A DNA stretch of 64,000 nt from Beijerinckiaceae bacterium (GCA_965276595.1 CBDIBA010000002.1:2802-66801); one strand, 5' to 3'. Shown: positions 46,533 to 56,284, counted from the stretch's first letter. Numbers and translations are program-made. The notes: generated from the sequence alone by a model not told the origin.

Positions 46533-47192
46533 ATGTCGAAGATCGTCGTCATGGCTCTGGGCCTTTTGCTGATCGCCGCCGGCGCGGCGTCGATCATCCA
46601 GGGCTACCCCATCGTCGTCGTCGAGCGCGGCTGGACGCAGGTGATCGCCGGCGCGACGGCGCTCAGCGCCGGCGTCGTGACGCTGGCGATCGGATTTCTC
46701 ATCGGCGCCGTCAACCGGCTGCGGCGCGCTCTCGCGCCCGCCGCTGCGGCGCATCCGCCCGAGCCGGTCGCGATCGCCGCGCCGGATCCGTTCGCGCCGC
46801 CGCCGTCAAAGGACCCGATCGAACCGCTGCCGCCGCCGCGGACGGCGCCCCTCGACGCCGCGCCGGAGGCGGAGATCGCGGGCGGCCGAGGGTCCTGGAT
46901 CGACGAGGCTCTGTCGCAGGACGCCGGGCCTCGCCGCGACGAGCCCGCGCCGGCGGCCGCCGATGCGCCGTCGTTCGACCAGGGGGAGGCGGCGCCCCCC
47001 GAGCCCGAGCCCGTCAAGACCGCGCGAAAACCGCCTACGCTCGTCGGCCGCTACGCCTTCGGCGGCGCGGACTACCTGCTCTACGACGACGGGTCGATCG
47101 ACGCGACGACGCCGGCCGGCGTCGTGCGCTTCAACTCGCTCGCCGAACTGCGCGCGCATCTGCACGACCCCGATCAGCGGCCGGCGGGCTGA
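46533..47192 (+). CDS. Membrane-anchored hypothetical protein
   Basis: Two N-terminal TMs, Pro-rich linker, C-terminal LVGRY.FGG..Y.LY.DGSI motif. Confidence 0.7.
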   Translation: MSKIVVMALGLLLIAAGAASIIQGYPIVVVERGWTQVIAGATALSAGVVTLAIGFLIGAVNRLRRALAPAAAAHPPEPVAIAAPDPFAPPPSKDPIEPLPPPRTAPLDAAPEAEIAGGRGSWIDEALSQDAGPRRDEPAPAAADAPSFDQGEAAPPEPEPVKTARKPPTLVGRYAFGGADYLLYDDGSIDATTPAGVVRFNSLAELRAHLHDPDQRPAG

Positions 47193-49306
47193 CCCGGCGT
47201 CTCGCTCGCCGCGACGACGGCGAGCGCGAAGGCGAACTCGATCGCGGCGTCCTTCAACGAATCGAAACGCCCCGACGCGCCGCCGTGGCCAGCCGCCATG
47301 TTGGTCTTCATCAGGATAGGGCCGCCGCCGCTCATGGTCGCGCGCAGACGCGCCACCCATTTGGCGGGCTCCCAATAGGTCACGCGCGGATCGGTCAGGC
47401 CCGCGAGCGCGAGGATCGCGGGATAGCGCGTCGCGCGCACGTTGTCGTAGGGCGAGTAGGACAGCATCGTCCGGAAGGCTTGCGCGTCCTCGATCGGATT
47501 GCCCCATTCGAGCCATTCGGGCGGGGTCAACGGCAGCGAGCCGTCCATCATCGTGTTGATGACATCGACGAAGGGCACGTCGGCGACGACGCCGGCGAAC
47601 AGCTCGGGCGCGAGATTGGCGATCGCGCCCATCAGCATGCCGCCCGCGCTGCCGCCGCTCGCCACGATGCGGCCCTTCGCCGTCAGACCGCGCGCGATCA
47701 GATCTTCGGCGACGGCGATGAAGTCGTGAAAGGTGTTCGGCTTGTTTTCGAGCTTGCCGTCGAGATACCAGCGCCAGCCTTTTTCGGTCCCGCCGCGCAC
47801 ATGCGCGATGGCGTAAAGAAAGCCGCGGTCGACCAGCGAAAGCCGCCGCGCGCCGAACGAGGCGGGCGAGGCGTAGCCATAGGCGCCGTAGCCGGTCAGG
47901 AACAGCGGTTCGCTTCCGTCGAGCCGCGCATCGCGCCGATACAGGAGCGAGATCGGCACGAGCGCGCCGTCGGGGGCCTTGGCGAACAGCCGCCGCGTCA
48001 CGTAGTCCGAGGGGTCGTGGCCGGACGGAATTTCCTGCCGCTTTCGCAGGATGCGCTCGCGCGTGCGCATGTCGTAATCGTAGACCTCTCGCGGCGTCGT
48101 CATCGACGAATAGGCGAAGCGCATGACGGACGTGTCGAACTCGCGCGTGGCTTGCATCGAGAGGGCGTAGGCTTCTTCGTCGAAGCCGATCGTGTGTTCG
48201 TCGCCGCTCGCCAAATCGCGGACGACGATGCGCGGCAAGCTGTTCTCGCGTTCGAGACGCACGAGATGGCCGGCGAACACGTCGAAGGCGATGATCATGC
48301 GCCCGGCGCGATGCGCGACGAGATCGCGCCAGTGCGCGCGGCCGGGCGAGGCGATGGGGGCCTCGACGATCTTGAAGTCTTCGGCGCCGTCGGCGTTGGT
48401 GCGGATCAGCAGCCGATCGCCCAGCGTCTCGACGTCGTAGCGCTCGCCGCGAAGGCGGGGCGCGATGAGCCGCGGCGCCGCCTGCTCCTCGCGCAGGTCG
48501 ATGAGCCAGGCTTCGGCGGAATCGTGATCGGTGACGTGGATGACGGCCGTCTCGCCCGAGCGGCCCTTGCGCACGCCGACGAACCAACTGGGATCGGTCT
48601 CTCCGTAGATCAGGGCGTCCTGCGCGGGCTCGTCGCCGAGCCGATGGCGGAACACCCGGGTCGGACGATGATTCTCGTCGAGCCGCACGTAGTAGAAGGC
48701 GCGCGCATCCGCGCTCCACACGGCGCCGCCTTCCGTATCGGTCGCGACGTCGGCGAGGTCCTGTCCGCTCGCGAGGTCGCGGACGCGCAGCGTGTAATAT
48801 TCCGACCCTTTGTCGTCGGCGCTCCAGGCGAGCAACGCATGGTCGGGCGACACCTGCGCCTCGCCGATCTCGAAAAACGCCGCGCCTTGCGCCAGAGCGT
48901 CGCCGTCGAGCATCACCTGCTCGGCGCCGCCGCCGCCGCGCGGACGGCGGCAGACGAGCTCGTGCTCGCCGCCTTCGCGGTAGCGGTCGTAATATTCGTA
49001 GGGCCCTTCCGGCGAGGGCGCATCGGAATCGTCTTCCTTCATGCGGCCGCGCATCTCCTTCACGAGCCCGGCCTGCAGCGTCGCGGTCGGGGACAGCACG
49101 GCCTGCGCGTAGGCGTTCTCCGCGTCGAGCACAGCGCGGATGTCGTGCGGCAGCGCGTTCGGCGACTTCAAGATGTCGCGCCAGTTCTCGGCGCGCAGCC
49201 AGGCCCAGTCGTCGGCGAACGTCACGCCGTGCGCCTGCCGGGTCTGCGGGCGCCGCTCGGCCGCGGCGGGCGGCTGCGGCGTCAGATCGAGGCGGGCTGC
49301 GGCCAT
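47174..49306 (-). CDS. ptrB: Oligopeptidase B (S9 family)
   Basis: DDWAWLR, HVRGG, GGSAGG, D.RVTYWEPAKW, AGHGG. Confidence 0.93.
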   Translation of the reverse strand: MAAARLDLTPQPPAAAERRPQTRQAHGVTFADDWAWLRAENWRDILKSPNALPHDIRAVLDAENAYAQAVLSPTATLQAGLVKEMRGRMKEDDSDAPSPEGPYEYYDRYREGGEHELVCRRPRGGGGAEQVMLDGDALAQGAAFFEIGEAQVSPDHALLAWSADDKGSEYYTLRVRDLASGQDLADVATDTEGGAVWSADARAFYYVRLDENHRPTRVFRHRLGDEPAQDALIYGETDPSWFVGVRKGRSGETAVIHVTDHDSAEAWLIDLREEQAAPRLIAPRLRGERYDVETLGDRLLIRTNADGAEDFKIVEAPIASPGRAHWRDLVAHRAGRMIIAFDVFAGHLVRLERENSLPRIVVRDLASGDEHTIGFDEEAYALSMQATREFDTSVMRFAYSSMTTPREVYDYDMRTRERILRKRQEIPSGHDPSDYVTRRLFAKAPDGALVPISLLYRRDARLDGSEPLFLTGYGAYGYASPASFGARRLSLVDRGFLYAIAHVRGGTEKGWRWYLDGKLENKPNTFHDFIAVAEDLIARGLTAKGRIVASGGSAGGMLMGAIANLAPELFAGVVADVPFVDVINTMMDGSLPLTPPEWLEWGNPIEDAQAFRTMLSYSPYDNVRATRYPAILALAGLTDPRVTYWEPAKWVARLRATMSGGGPILMKTNMAAGHGGASGRFDSLKDAAIEFAFALAVVAASETPGQPAGR

Positions 49307-49578
49307 GATGTCTCCCGTGCGGCTCTTGCGTGAGGCGCAGGGCCGACGCGCGGCCGATATATCCTGCGCGCGCGCCGGCACAAAGCCCCGCGGACTTTGG
49401 CGGCGATCTTCGCAAGGTCGCGGGGTGAATTATCGGAGGTAACGACGACTCAATACGTCGGCATGACGATCATTGCTTGCGGCCTATGCTGGAATCATCT
49501 AGCCTCGTCAGTATTCGATAGAACAGCCTCTGCGATTCACCGGATATGGATCGGGAGCCAAAAGGATGCGGGACAGCC

Positions 49579-49995
49579 ATGAGCGAGACGACAAGCCAGA
49601 GTTTCATCGACTTGGCGGCCGATATCGTCTCGGCCTACGTCAGCAACAACACGGTCGCGGCGAGCGAACTGCCCTCGCTGATCAGCGACGTGCACTCGGC
49701 GTTGCTGAAGGTGACGGGCGGGACCACGATCGCCGCCCCGGAGGCGCTGAAGCCGGCGGTGCCGGCGAAAAAATCGATCACCAACGAGTATCTTGTCTGT
49801 CTGGAGGACGGCAAGAAGTTCAAGTCGCTCAAGCGGCACTTGCGCACGCAATACAACATGTCGCCTGAGGACTACCGCGAAAAATGGGGCCTGCCGGCGG
49901 ACTATCCCATGGTCGCGCCGCATTACGCGCAGGCGCGGTCGAACCTCGCCAAGCAGATGGGCCTCGGGCAGCAGCGCCGCAAATCCAAGCGCTGA
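49579..49995 (+). CDS. mucR: MucR/Ros nucleoid-associated regulator
   Basis: AADIVSAYVSNN, CLEDGKKFKSLKRHL, WGLPADYPMVAP.YA..RS.LAK.MGLG. Confidence 0.96.
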   Translation: MSETTSQSFIDLAADIVSAYVSNNTVAASELPSLISDVHSALLKVTGGTTIAAPEALKPAVPAKKSITNEYLVCLEDGKKFKSLKRHLRTQYNMSPEDYREKWGLPADYPMVAPHYAQARSNLAKQMGLGQQRRKSKR

Positions 49996-50060
49996 ACGGG
50001 TCTACGGAAGCCGGATTTCGGCGGCCGCCCGTTCCGGCCCTGGCTCGGTTCGCCGATCGG

Positions 50061-50486
50061 TCACAGGGAAGCGTTCCACGGGTTCATGAGCGGGACGCCG
50101 GTCGCCGCGAAATCTGCGACGTTCCGAGTCACGATTGTCATGCCATGCGCCAGAGCGGTCGCTGCGATGAGCGCATCGCGCTCGGCGCGCGGGTCAGGCA
50201 CATGCAGGCGCGCGCAGCGTTGTGCGACGATCGTATCAACCGGAAAAATCCGGCCGTTGAACTCGGGCAACACGCGTGTATCGAGCCACGTGCGCAGTAT
50301 CGCGCCTTGCAGGGGGTCTTTGCGTTCGATCTGCAAAATGCCGATTTCCAGTTCAAGAACGGTGATGGCCGAGATGTGCAGGCTGGCCGCCTCCGCGCTG
50401 TTGGCCCACTCTGTGACGTGCGGGTCAGCTTTCCCCAAGCGTATCTTGCGCAGTTCGGAAACGACGTTGGTGTCGAGGATGAACAT
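50061..50486 (-). CDS. vapC: PIN-domain toxin
   Basis: ILDTNVVSE, ITVLEL..G, DALIAATAL.H, VTRN..DF. The start overlaps the antitoxin stop. Confidence 0.93.
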   Translation of the reverse strand: MFILDTNVVSELRKIRLGKADPHVTEWANSAEAASLHISAITVLELEIGILQIERKDPLQGAILRTWLDTRVLPEFNGRIFPVDTIVAQRCARLHVPDPRAERDALIAATALAHGMTIVTRNVADFAATGVPLMNPWNASL

Positions 50487-50740
50487 CAAGAGAAATCGGC
50501 TGGCCGGATGACGATGTTGACGCGAGGCGGATCGAACTCGATGTCCTCAAGCCCCGGCATGGAGAGGGCGTCAACGATGCTCCGACGCTTGCCGGTGATG
50601 CGCCGATATTCCTCGATGCTGAGCAGGACATGGGCGGGCTTGCCCCGGTCGGTGATAAACACCGGCCCCTCGGAGGCGGCTTTCTTGGCCCGGCTGGTGT
50701 CCTGATTGAACTCGCGGCTGGAGAGGGTGGTGATGGTCAT
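50486..50740 (-). CDS. Phd/YefM-family antitoxin
   Basis: LSSREFNQD..RAKKAA..GPVFITDRGKPAHVLLSIEEY. Confidence 0.92.
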   Translation of the reverse strand: MTITTLSSREFNQDTSRAKKAASEGPVFITDRGKPAHVLLSIEEYRRITGKRRSIVDALSMPGLEDIEFDPPRVNIVIRPADFS

Positions 50741-50820
50741 GGGCGGCGCTCCCGTTGGCGGCGGCGATCTGTATTGTAGAAACGTAACTATATCAAGCCT
50801 TCTCTCGTCAAGCGCCGCCC
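50741..50820. promoter_or_regulatory. AT-rich phd-vapC promoter region flanked by a 10-bp inverted repeat, with an imperfect palindrome tagaaacgtaacta
   Basis: gggcggcgct (50741-50750) and agcgccgccc (50811-50820) are reverse complements. Confidence 0.4.
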
Positions 50821-50924
50821 GTAGGCCGCAGTAAAAGCAAGCGTAAGAAAAAAATCTCTTGCAAATAGGATCATAATCTGTCATACGCCTCGGGTCGCTG
50901 GAGTCTGGCCTCGAGGAGATCATC

Positions 50925-51335
50925 ATGTCCGTGTCTTCGTCCGCTGCTCCGGCCCTCGGCCGGGATGCGTTTGCTCCGGCCTTCGGCCGGGATTGCTGGG
51001 CGCTGTCCCTCTGCGGTCTCATCGTCTCGCTTGTCGCGAACGGTTTCCGCATCGAGGCTGCCGGCCTCGCCTCCGCCAGCCGCCAGGTCGCGCCCATCGC
51101 GCGCGCCCGGCAGATGGCGATGTACCTCGTCCACACCGGCTTCGGCTTGTCCTTCGCGACGATCGCCCGCGCCTTTCGTCGCGACGCCGCGACCGTTCGG
51201 CACGCCTGCGCCCGCATCGAAACGCTGCGGGAATCCGGTCGCTTCGACGGCGCGCTGCGGGCGCTCGAAGCGAGCGCGCGGCGGCGCATCGCCGGCGTCT
51301 CCTCCGATTGCGGCCGCACCTTCAAGCGCCATTGA
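50925..51335 (+). CDS. DnaA C-terminal-like helix-turn-helix protein
   Basis: ARARQMAMYL.H..FGLS...IARAF.RD..TVRHAC..IE. GAGGAG RBS. Confidence 0.8.
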   Translation: MSVSSSAAPALGRDAFAPAFGRDCWALSLCGLIVSLVANGFRIEAAGLASASRQVAPIARARQMAMYLVHTGFGLSFATIARAFRRDAATVRHACARIETLRESGRFDGALRALEASARRRIAGVSSDCGRTFKRH

Positions 51336-51347
51336 AGCGGGGTCGCC

Positions 51348-52226
51348 ATGCCGCACACGCCCGTCTCATCGAACGACAATCTTTCGCGCGACGCCTTGGC
51401 GCTGCTCGCCGCGCTCGCCGCCGAGGCCGCTTACGGGATCGAGGACCATGACCGCGGCCAATCGCGTCTCGCCGTCGCGGCCGCCCGGCGCGGCGTCTCC
51501 GTTCGCGTGGCGAGCTTTCCGCTCGCCGCCGCGCAAGCGGTCGAGGCCGCCGGGCTCGCGCGCTGGGACGTCGGCGAAGCGTCCGGACGGCGACGCCTCG
51601 TCATCGCGTGCGAAGGGCGCGCGCGCCTCGCGCGGCGCTCCGCGCCGGCGGGCGCCGATCCCTTCCTCGCGCAGCACACGCCGCTGGTCCGCGCGGTCGC
51701 GCGGACGCCGGAGGCGCCGGCCGACGCCGCTTTCGTCGACGCCGCCGAGAGCCCGCTCGCCTGGCTGGCGACGCGCAAGAGCCGCGACGGCGCGCCGCTC
51801 ATCGACGCGGCCTGCCTGCAAGCGGGCGAACGCCTGCGGCGCGACCTGACCCTCGCCCACATGCTGCCGCGGGTGACGGTGAACTGGTCTGCGGCAGGAC
51901 GCGCGAAGGGCGCCGAGCCGACGAGCTACTCCGATCTGACCATCGCGGCGCGCCAGCGCGTGCGTGCGGCGCTCGATTTCGTCGGCGACGATTTCGCCGG
52001 ATTGCTCATCGACGTCTGCGGCTTTCTGAAGGGCGTTGAAACGGTCGAACGCGAACGCGGCTGGCCGCGCCGGTCGGCGAAACTGGCGCTGGTCCTGGCG
52101 CTGCGCCAGCTTGCGCGCCACTACGGCGTCGAGACGGAGGCGGTGGGTCCGAGCCGCTCGCGCGGCGTGCGGCGATGGGGCGCCGAGGATTACCGGCCCG
52201 CGATCGCGCCGGACGAGGAGGATTAG
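51348..52226 (+). CDS. DUF6456-like protein
   Basis: AESPLAWLA.RK, AGERLRRD, LIDVCGFLKG.E.VERERGWP.RSAK. Confidence 0.8.
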   Translation: MPHTPVSSNDNLSRDALALLAALAAEAAYGIEDHDRGQSRLAVAAARRGVSVRVASFPLAAAQAVEAAGLARWDVGEASGRRRLVIACEGRARLARRSAPAGADPFLAQHTPLVRAVARTPEAPADAAFVDAAESPLAWLATRKSRDGAPLIDAACLQAGERLRRDLTLAHMLPRVTVNWSAAGRAKGAEPTSYSDLTIAARQRVRAALDFVGDDFAGLLIDVCGFLKGVETVERERGWPRRSAKLALVLALRQLARHYGVETEAVGPSRSRGVRRWGAEDYRPAIAPDEED

Positions 52227-52654
52227 GCGGCCGGTTGAAGCGCTTGGCGCGCATCGGCCTTGATGCGCTCGACCATCGCGCGCACGCCGTTGGAGCGCTG
52301 CGGCGTCAAATGCGAGTCCAAGCCGAGCTTCTGGAACAGGTCGCCGGCGTCGGTGTCGGCGATCTCGGTCGCGGAATGGCCGGAGTAGAGCGTCAGAATG
52401 AGGCGAATGAGGCCGCGCACGATATGCGCGTCGCTGTCGCCGACGAAGCGCAGCACGGGCGGCCCGCCGTCAGGACGCTCGACAATGGTCTCGAGCCAGA
52501 CTTGGCTGGCGCAGCCGCGGACCTTGTTTTCGTCGTTATGGGCGGCCTCGGGCAGGGGCTCGAGGTCGCGGCCAAGCTCGATCAGATAGCGGTAGCGATC
52601 CTCCCAGTCGTCGAGAAGCTCGAAATCGTCGATGATCGATTGAAGCGTCGCCAT
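52223..52654 (-). CDS. sufE: Fe-S assembly sulfur acceptor
   Basis: DWEDRYRYLIELG, VRGCASQVW, SDAHIVRGL, LTPQRSNG. Confidence 0.95.
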   Translation of the reverse strand: MATLQSIIDDFELLDDWEDRYRYLIELGRDLEPLPEAAHNDENKVRGCASQVWLETIVERPDGGPPVLRFVGDSDAHIVRGLIRLILTLYSGHSATEIADTDAGDLFQKLGLDSHLTPQRSNGVRAMVERIKADARQALQPAA

Positions 52655-53036
52655 GATCCAAACCGCGGGAGTCGGACCCTATATGGGCGAAGCGGCGACC
52701 CGACGCCACCCGATTGTCGTCGTCGGTCCTCGCCGACCGCTTAAGCGCGGCAGGCGGCGCTCATGCAGCGACCGAATGAAGGCCAGGGCGGCGAGCCTGT
52801 GCGCAGATGCAGATCAACGGCGAACGATGCGGACCGCGCCGTGGCCGACACGCTGAGCCCATGATACGTTTCCTCGGATGAAAGCTCAGGCAATCCGAGG
52901 ACCCGTATCAACGGAGCCCCGCACTCAAAGGGAACGCCTCGCTGCGTGATCTTCATATCAGGTCGCACGATTGATGATTGACTTCGCCGAAGCGCGATCC
53001 GGCGCCGCGTTCAGCAAAGCCGTTGCGGCATTCGAC

Positions 53037-54095
53037 CTATCCCGGCGTCAGCGGACCAGCTTCATTCGGATCGACGGTATGCGCCACCTCCGCATGCAAA
53101 CGCAAAAGGTCCATCACGCGGTTCGGCGTCTTGCAACGGCTGAGCCCGCATTCGGCGGCGATGCCGAAGGCGGGGGCGAATTCTTGCGCCGCGGCGATCC
53201 TCCGCTTTGCGCCTTCGCGGCCGTCGTCTCCATGGACGAGCCCGAGATAGAGTTCCGTACCGGCCTGGAGCCGCAAATTGCGCAAGGGCTCAAAAAAGGC
53301 ACGATCGCTTCGATCGATCGGAACCGGCATATGGATAAATGCGACCTGCCGTGGCGCGCGCTGGGCAATGTCGTTGGCGAACGCCGTCATGCGCTCTGCG
53401 TCTTTGGGCTCGACGAAATGCTTTGCTTCCCAGTCGCCGTAGCACAAATGAAAGCCGAGCTCGACGTCCTCCGGAACGGCGCTCGATATCCGAGCAAGAC
53501 GCGTCAGAATGTCCTCTTCCGAGGGAGCCAAAGCGTTCGGATGACGCAGTTGGCCGTCCCAGATGACCATCTCGATCGCGAGGTCCCATTGAATGCAAAG
53601 ATCGTCATGAGCGATCTCTGCGCACATCATCGCCACTTCGCGCAGCATCGCGTCTTCATAAGCAGGTTCGATATCCGGTACGGCGTCCGGAGCGCAGAAC
53701 GCGTTTACGACGGCGAACGGCGTCGGCAGGCAGACTTGAAAACGACCTCTCGCCGGAATTTCGCCTCGATTCCGCGCGCGCACGAAATCTTGGTACGACG
53801 CCCGCGCCTCGCGGGCGTAGCCGAGTTCGCCGAAGCTCAGCTCCGAAGACGTGACGCCGGGCGAGAGCCGCAGTTTCCGAAACCCGGCCGCCGAGCCGGA
53901 GCCATCGCCGCTTGCGACGAGAAAGGGGTTGGCCAGGAGAAGCGGGTACTGCCAGGAGATCCAGCAGCGCCGGCCGCCAGGCTCCCCATCCGGCACACGC
54001 TTGACGACATCGCCAAGAATGCCGCCCGTGGCGCGAAAGGTTTCCGCGACGCTGTCCAAGCCGATGCTTCCTACCAGATGAACCGGAACGCTCAT
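53037..54095 (-). CDS. MetE/URO-D superfamily-like Zn-binding protein of unknown function
   Basis: HLVGS N-terminus, VPDGEPGGR..WI, GFHLCYGD, AECGL. AT-richer than the flanks. Confidence 0.65.
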   Translation of the reverse strand: MSVPVHLVGSIGLDSVAETFRATGGILGDVVKRVPDGEPGGRRCWISWQYPLLLANPFLVASGDGSGSAAGFRKLRLSPGVTSSELSFGELGYAREARASYQDFVRARNRGEIPARGRFQVCLPTPFAVVNAFCAPDAVPDIEPAYEDAMLREVAMMCAEIAHDDLCIQWDLAIEMVIWDGQLRHPNALAPSEEDILTRLARISSAVPEDVELGFHLCYGDWEAKHFVEPKDAERMTAFANDIAQRAPRQVAFIHMPVPIDRSDRAFFEPLRNLRLQAGTELYLGLVHGDDGREGAKRRIAAAQEFAPAFGIAAECGLSRCKTPNRVMDLLRLHAEVAHTVDPNEAGPLTPG

Positions 54096-54183
54096 AAAGA
54101 TTTCCTATTCTGTCAGGTCCGCGAGTTATAGCGTCCCGCTTCCCGGCGCCAAGGCGCCACGGACGCAGAGGAGACAGCCCCGC

Positions 54184-54663
54184 ATGTCGAACGTCAGCAC
54201 CTGCCTCTGGTTCGGGAGAGATGCGGAGGCGGCCGTCCGCTTCTATGTCTCTGTCACGCCCGGCTCCAGCATCGAAACCGTCCTGCGCTCCCCAGGGGCG
54301 TGGCCCGGCGGGAACGCGGGCGACGTGATCCTGGTGAGCTTCACGCTCGGCGGCCAGAGCTTTCAAGCCTTGAACGGCGGCGCGCCGGCGAGCTACGGAA
54401 CCGCCGCTTCGATCTCGGTGGAATGCCCCGACCAAGCGGAGGTCGATCGGCTTTGGGCCGCGCTCACCGCCGACGGCGGAGCGGAAATCCAGTGCGGCTG
54501 GCTGCGCGATCGGTGGGGCGTGCCGTGGCAAATCGTCCCCGCGGTTCTGCCGCGCCTCCTGGCCCATTCGGATCCGGCCGTCGCGGGCCGCGTCTTCGAC
54601 GCCATGACAAAGATGGTCAAGCTGGATATCGCCGCCCTTGAGCGTGCGGCCGCCGGATCCTAA
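54184..54663 (+). CDS. VOC/PhnB family protein (3-demethylubiquinone-9 3-methyltransferase domain)
   Basis: CLWF..DAEAA..FY, ALNGG, EVDRLW, CGWL.DRWGVPWQIVP. Confidence 0.92.
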   Translation: MSNVSTCLWFGRDAEAAVRFYVSVTPGSSIETVLRSPGAWPGGNAGDVILVSFTLGGQSFQALNGGAPASYGTAASISVECPDQAEVDRLWAALTADGGAEIQCGWLRDRWGVPWQIVPAVLPRLLAHSDPAVAGRVFDAMTKMVKLDIAALERAAAGS

Positions 54664-54735
54664 TCACTCACCACGAAAGATCTCGGGTCGCGCGGCCGCG
54701 CTCCGCGCGGTTTGGCGTTTGAAGGAGTTCGAGCT

Positions 54736-55806
54736 TTGAAGATATTGATCACCGGGAACATGGGCTACGTCGGCCCCGCGCTCGTGCGGTTCCTGCGTCA
54801 AAACCGTCCGGACGCGTTCCTGCTCGGCTTCGACAGCGGTTTCTTCGGGCAGTCGCTGACCGGCTGCGCCGTCTTGCCGGAAACCTTGCTCGATCGCCAG
54901 GTCTTCGGCGACGTGCGCGATCTGCCCGATGAGCTTCTCGAAGGCGTCGACGCGGTCGTCTCGCTCGCCGCGATCTCCAACGATCCGATGGGGAAGACGT
55001 TCGAGACCGCCACCGGCGACATCAACCTCATGGCCAACGTCGCGCTCGCCAAAAAATGCCGCGCCGCGGGCGTCAGGGCGTTCGTGTTCGCGTCGAGTTG
55101 CAGCCTGTACGGGGCGTCGGCGGGGGGCGCCCGCAAGGAGACCGATCCGGCCAACCCGCTGACCGCCTACGCCCGCTCCAAGATCGGGACCGAGGACGCG
55201 CTGCGCGCGATGGACCTCGGCGAGATGGTCGTCACGAGCCTGCGCTTCGCGACCGCCTGCGGCATGTCGGACCGGCTCCGGCTCGATCTCGTGCTCAACG
55301 ATTTCGTCGCCTGCGCCCTGGCGTCGCGGGAAATCACCGTCCTGAGCGACGGGACGCCGTGGCGGCCCTTGATCGACGTGAACGACATGGCCCGCGCGAT
55401 CGATTGGGCGATCGGGCGCGGCCCGATCGGATCCGAGCGGTTTCTCGCGGTCAACGTCGGCCGGGACGAGGCGAACTATCAGGTCAAGGATTTGGCCGAG
55501 GCCGTCGCGGCGGCCGTGCCGGGAACCAAGGTCTCGATCAACACGTCCGCGCCGCCGGATCTCCGCTCCTACAAGGTCGATTTTTCGCTGTTGCGCTCGT
55601 TGGCTCCCTCGGCGGTTCCCCAAATTTCGCTGCACGACTCGATCGTCGGGCTGCGCGACGGGCTGAGCGCGATGGGATTCGCCGACGCCGACTTCCGAAG
55701 CTCGCCGTTCATGCGGCTCAAGACGCTGGAGAGCCACATCGCCCAGCGCAGGCTCGACGCCGATCTCCGCTGGCTGCGCGACGGATCGGCGGCGCGGACC
55801 GCGTGA
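54736..55806 (+). CDS. NAD-dependent sugar epimerase/dehydratase
   Basis: TGNMGYVG, LAAISND, ASSCSLYG, YARSK. TTG start with GAAGGAG RBS. Confidence 0.88.
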   Translation: MKILITGNMGYVGPALVRFLRQNRPDAFLLGFDSGFFGQSLTGCAVLPETLLDRQVFGDVRDLPDELLEGVDAVVSLAAISNDPMGKTFETATGDINLMANVALAKKCRAAGVRAFVFASSCSLYGASAGGARKETDPANPLTAYARSKIGTEDALRAMDLGEMVVTSLRFATACGMSDRLRLDLVLNDFVACALASREITVLSDGTPWRPLIDVNDMARAIDWAIGRGPIGSERFLAVNVGRDEANYQVKDLAEAVAAAVPGTKVSINTSAPPDLRSYKVDFSLLRSLAPSAVPQISLHDSIVGLRDGLSAMGFADADFRSSPFMRLKTLESHIAQRRLDADLRWLRDGSAARTA

Positions 55807-55810
55807 GCCT

Positions 55811-56056
55811 TCACGACCGCGGCGCTTGCCGGTTGCGAACCGGGTCGCCGGCGGCGGCGATCGCCGGGGCGGCGCGGGCGGCCTGCCGGGCGACGCGAAG
55901 GCAGGCGCCGGGATGCTGCGCGCAGAGCGAGGCGGCGCCTGTTGCAGCGCTGTCGGCGATCGCCGCGGCGTCGGGCGGCGTCGGCGCGCCGCCCGGCCAG
56001 TCGATCCAGGAAAAGACGAGGCCCAGCCAGAAGGCCGAGCGGATCAGAAACCACAT
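55811..56056 (-). CDS. DUF5330-like small protein
   Basis: MWFLIRSAFWLGLV...LC...P.AC. Lies upstream of sufE in the backbone order. Confidence 0.7.
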   Translation of the reverse strand: MWFLIRSAFWLGLVFSWIDWPGGAPTPPDAAAIADSAATGAASLCAQHPGACLRVARQAARAAPAIAAAGDPVRNRQAPRS

Positions 56057-56269
56057 GAAGCGACCCGCGAACGCCAATGCCCACCGTGCGACCCTACAGG
56101 CGCCGGCTCAAGGCGCTCTCAACATTTTGCGCCAAATCGCCGCGGCGGCGCTTGCCGTTCGTTAGCCATGCCGGACCGCGCCTGTGGAAACGCCTCCTAA
56201 ACCATGGCGCGGGAAAGCGCCCCGCGCGCCCGCGCCGCGGCGGCCGGCGCGGCGTTTCGAGGGGTCCGA

Positions 56270-56284
56270 TTAGCGCTCGCTTAA
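56270..56284 (+). promoter_or_regulatory. Near-consensus CtrA box (TTAG-N7-TTAA)
   Basis: ttagcgctcgcttaa upstream of the DivJ-like kinase. Confidence 0.4.

Noticed and set aside
50486-51379. 297-aa ORF as a large antitoxin fusion
   Set aside because: Only the last 84 codons match Phd/YefM. The upstream part is antisense to the HTH gene.
52829-55803. 10-bp direct repeat gcggaccgcg near both ends of the MetE-like/VOC/epimerase block
   Set aside because: GC-rich 10-mer compatible with chance, and one copy lies inside the epimerase coding end.
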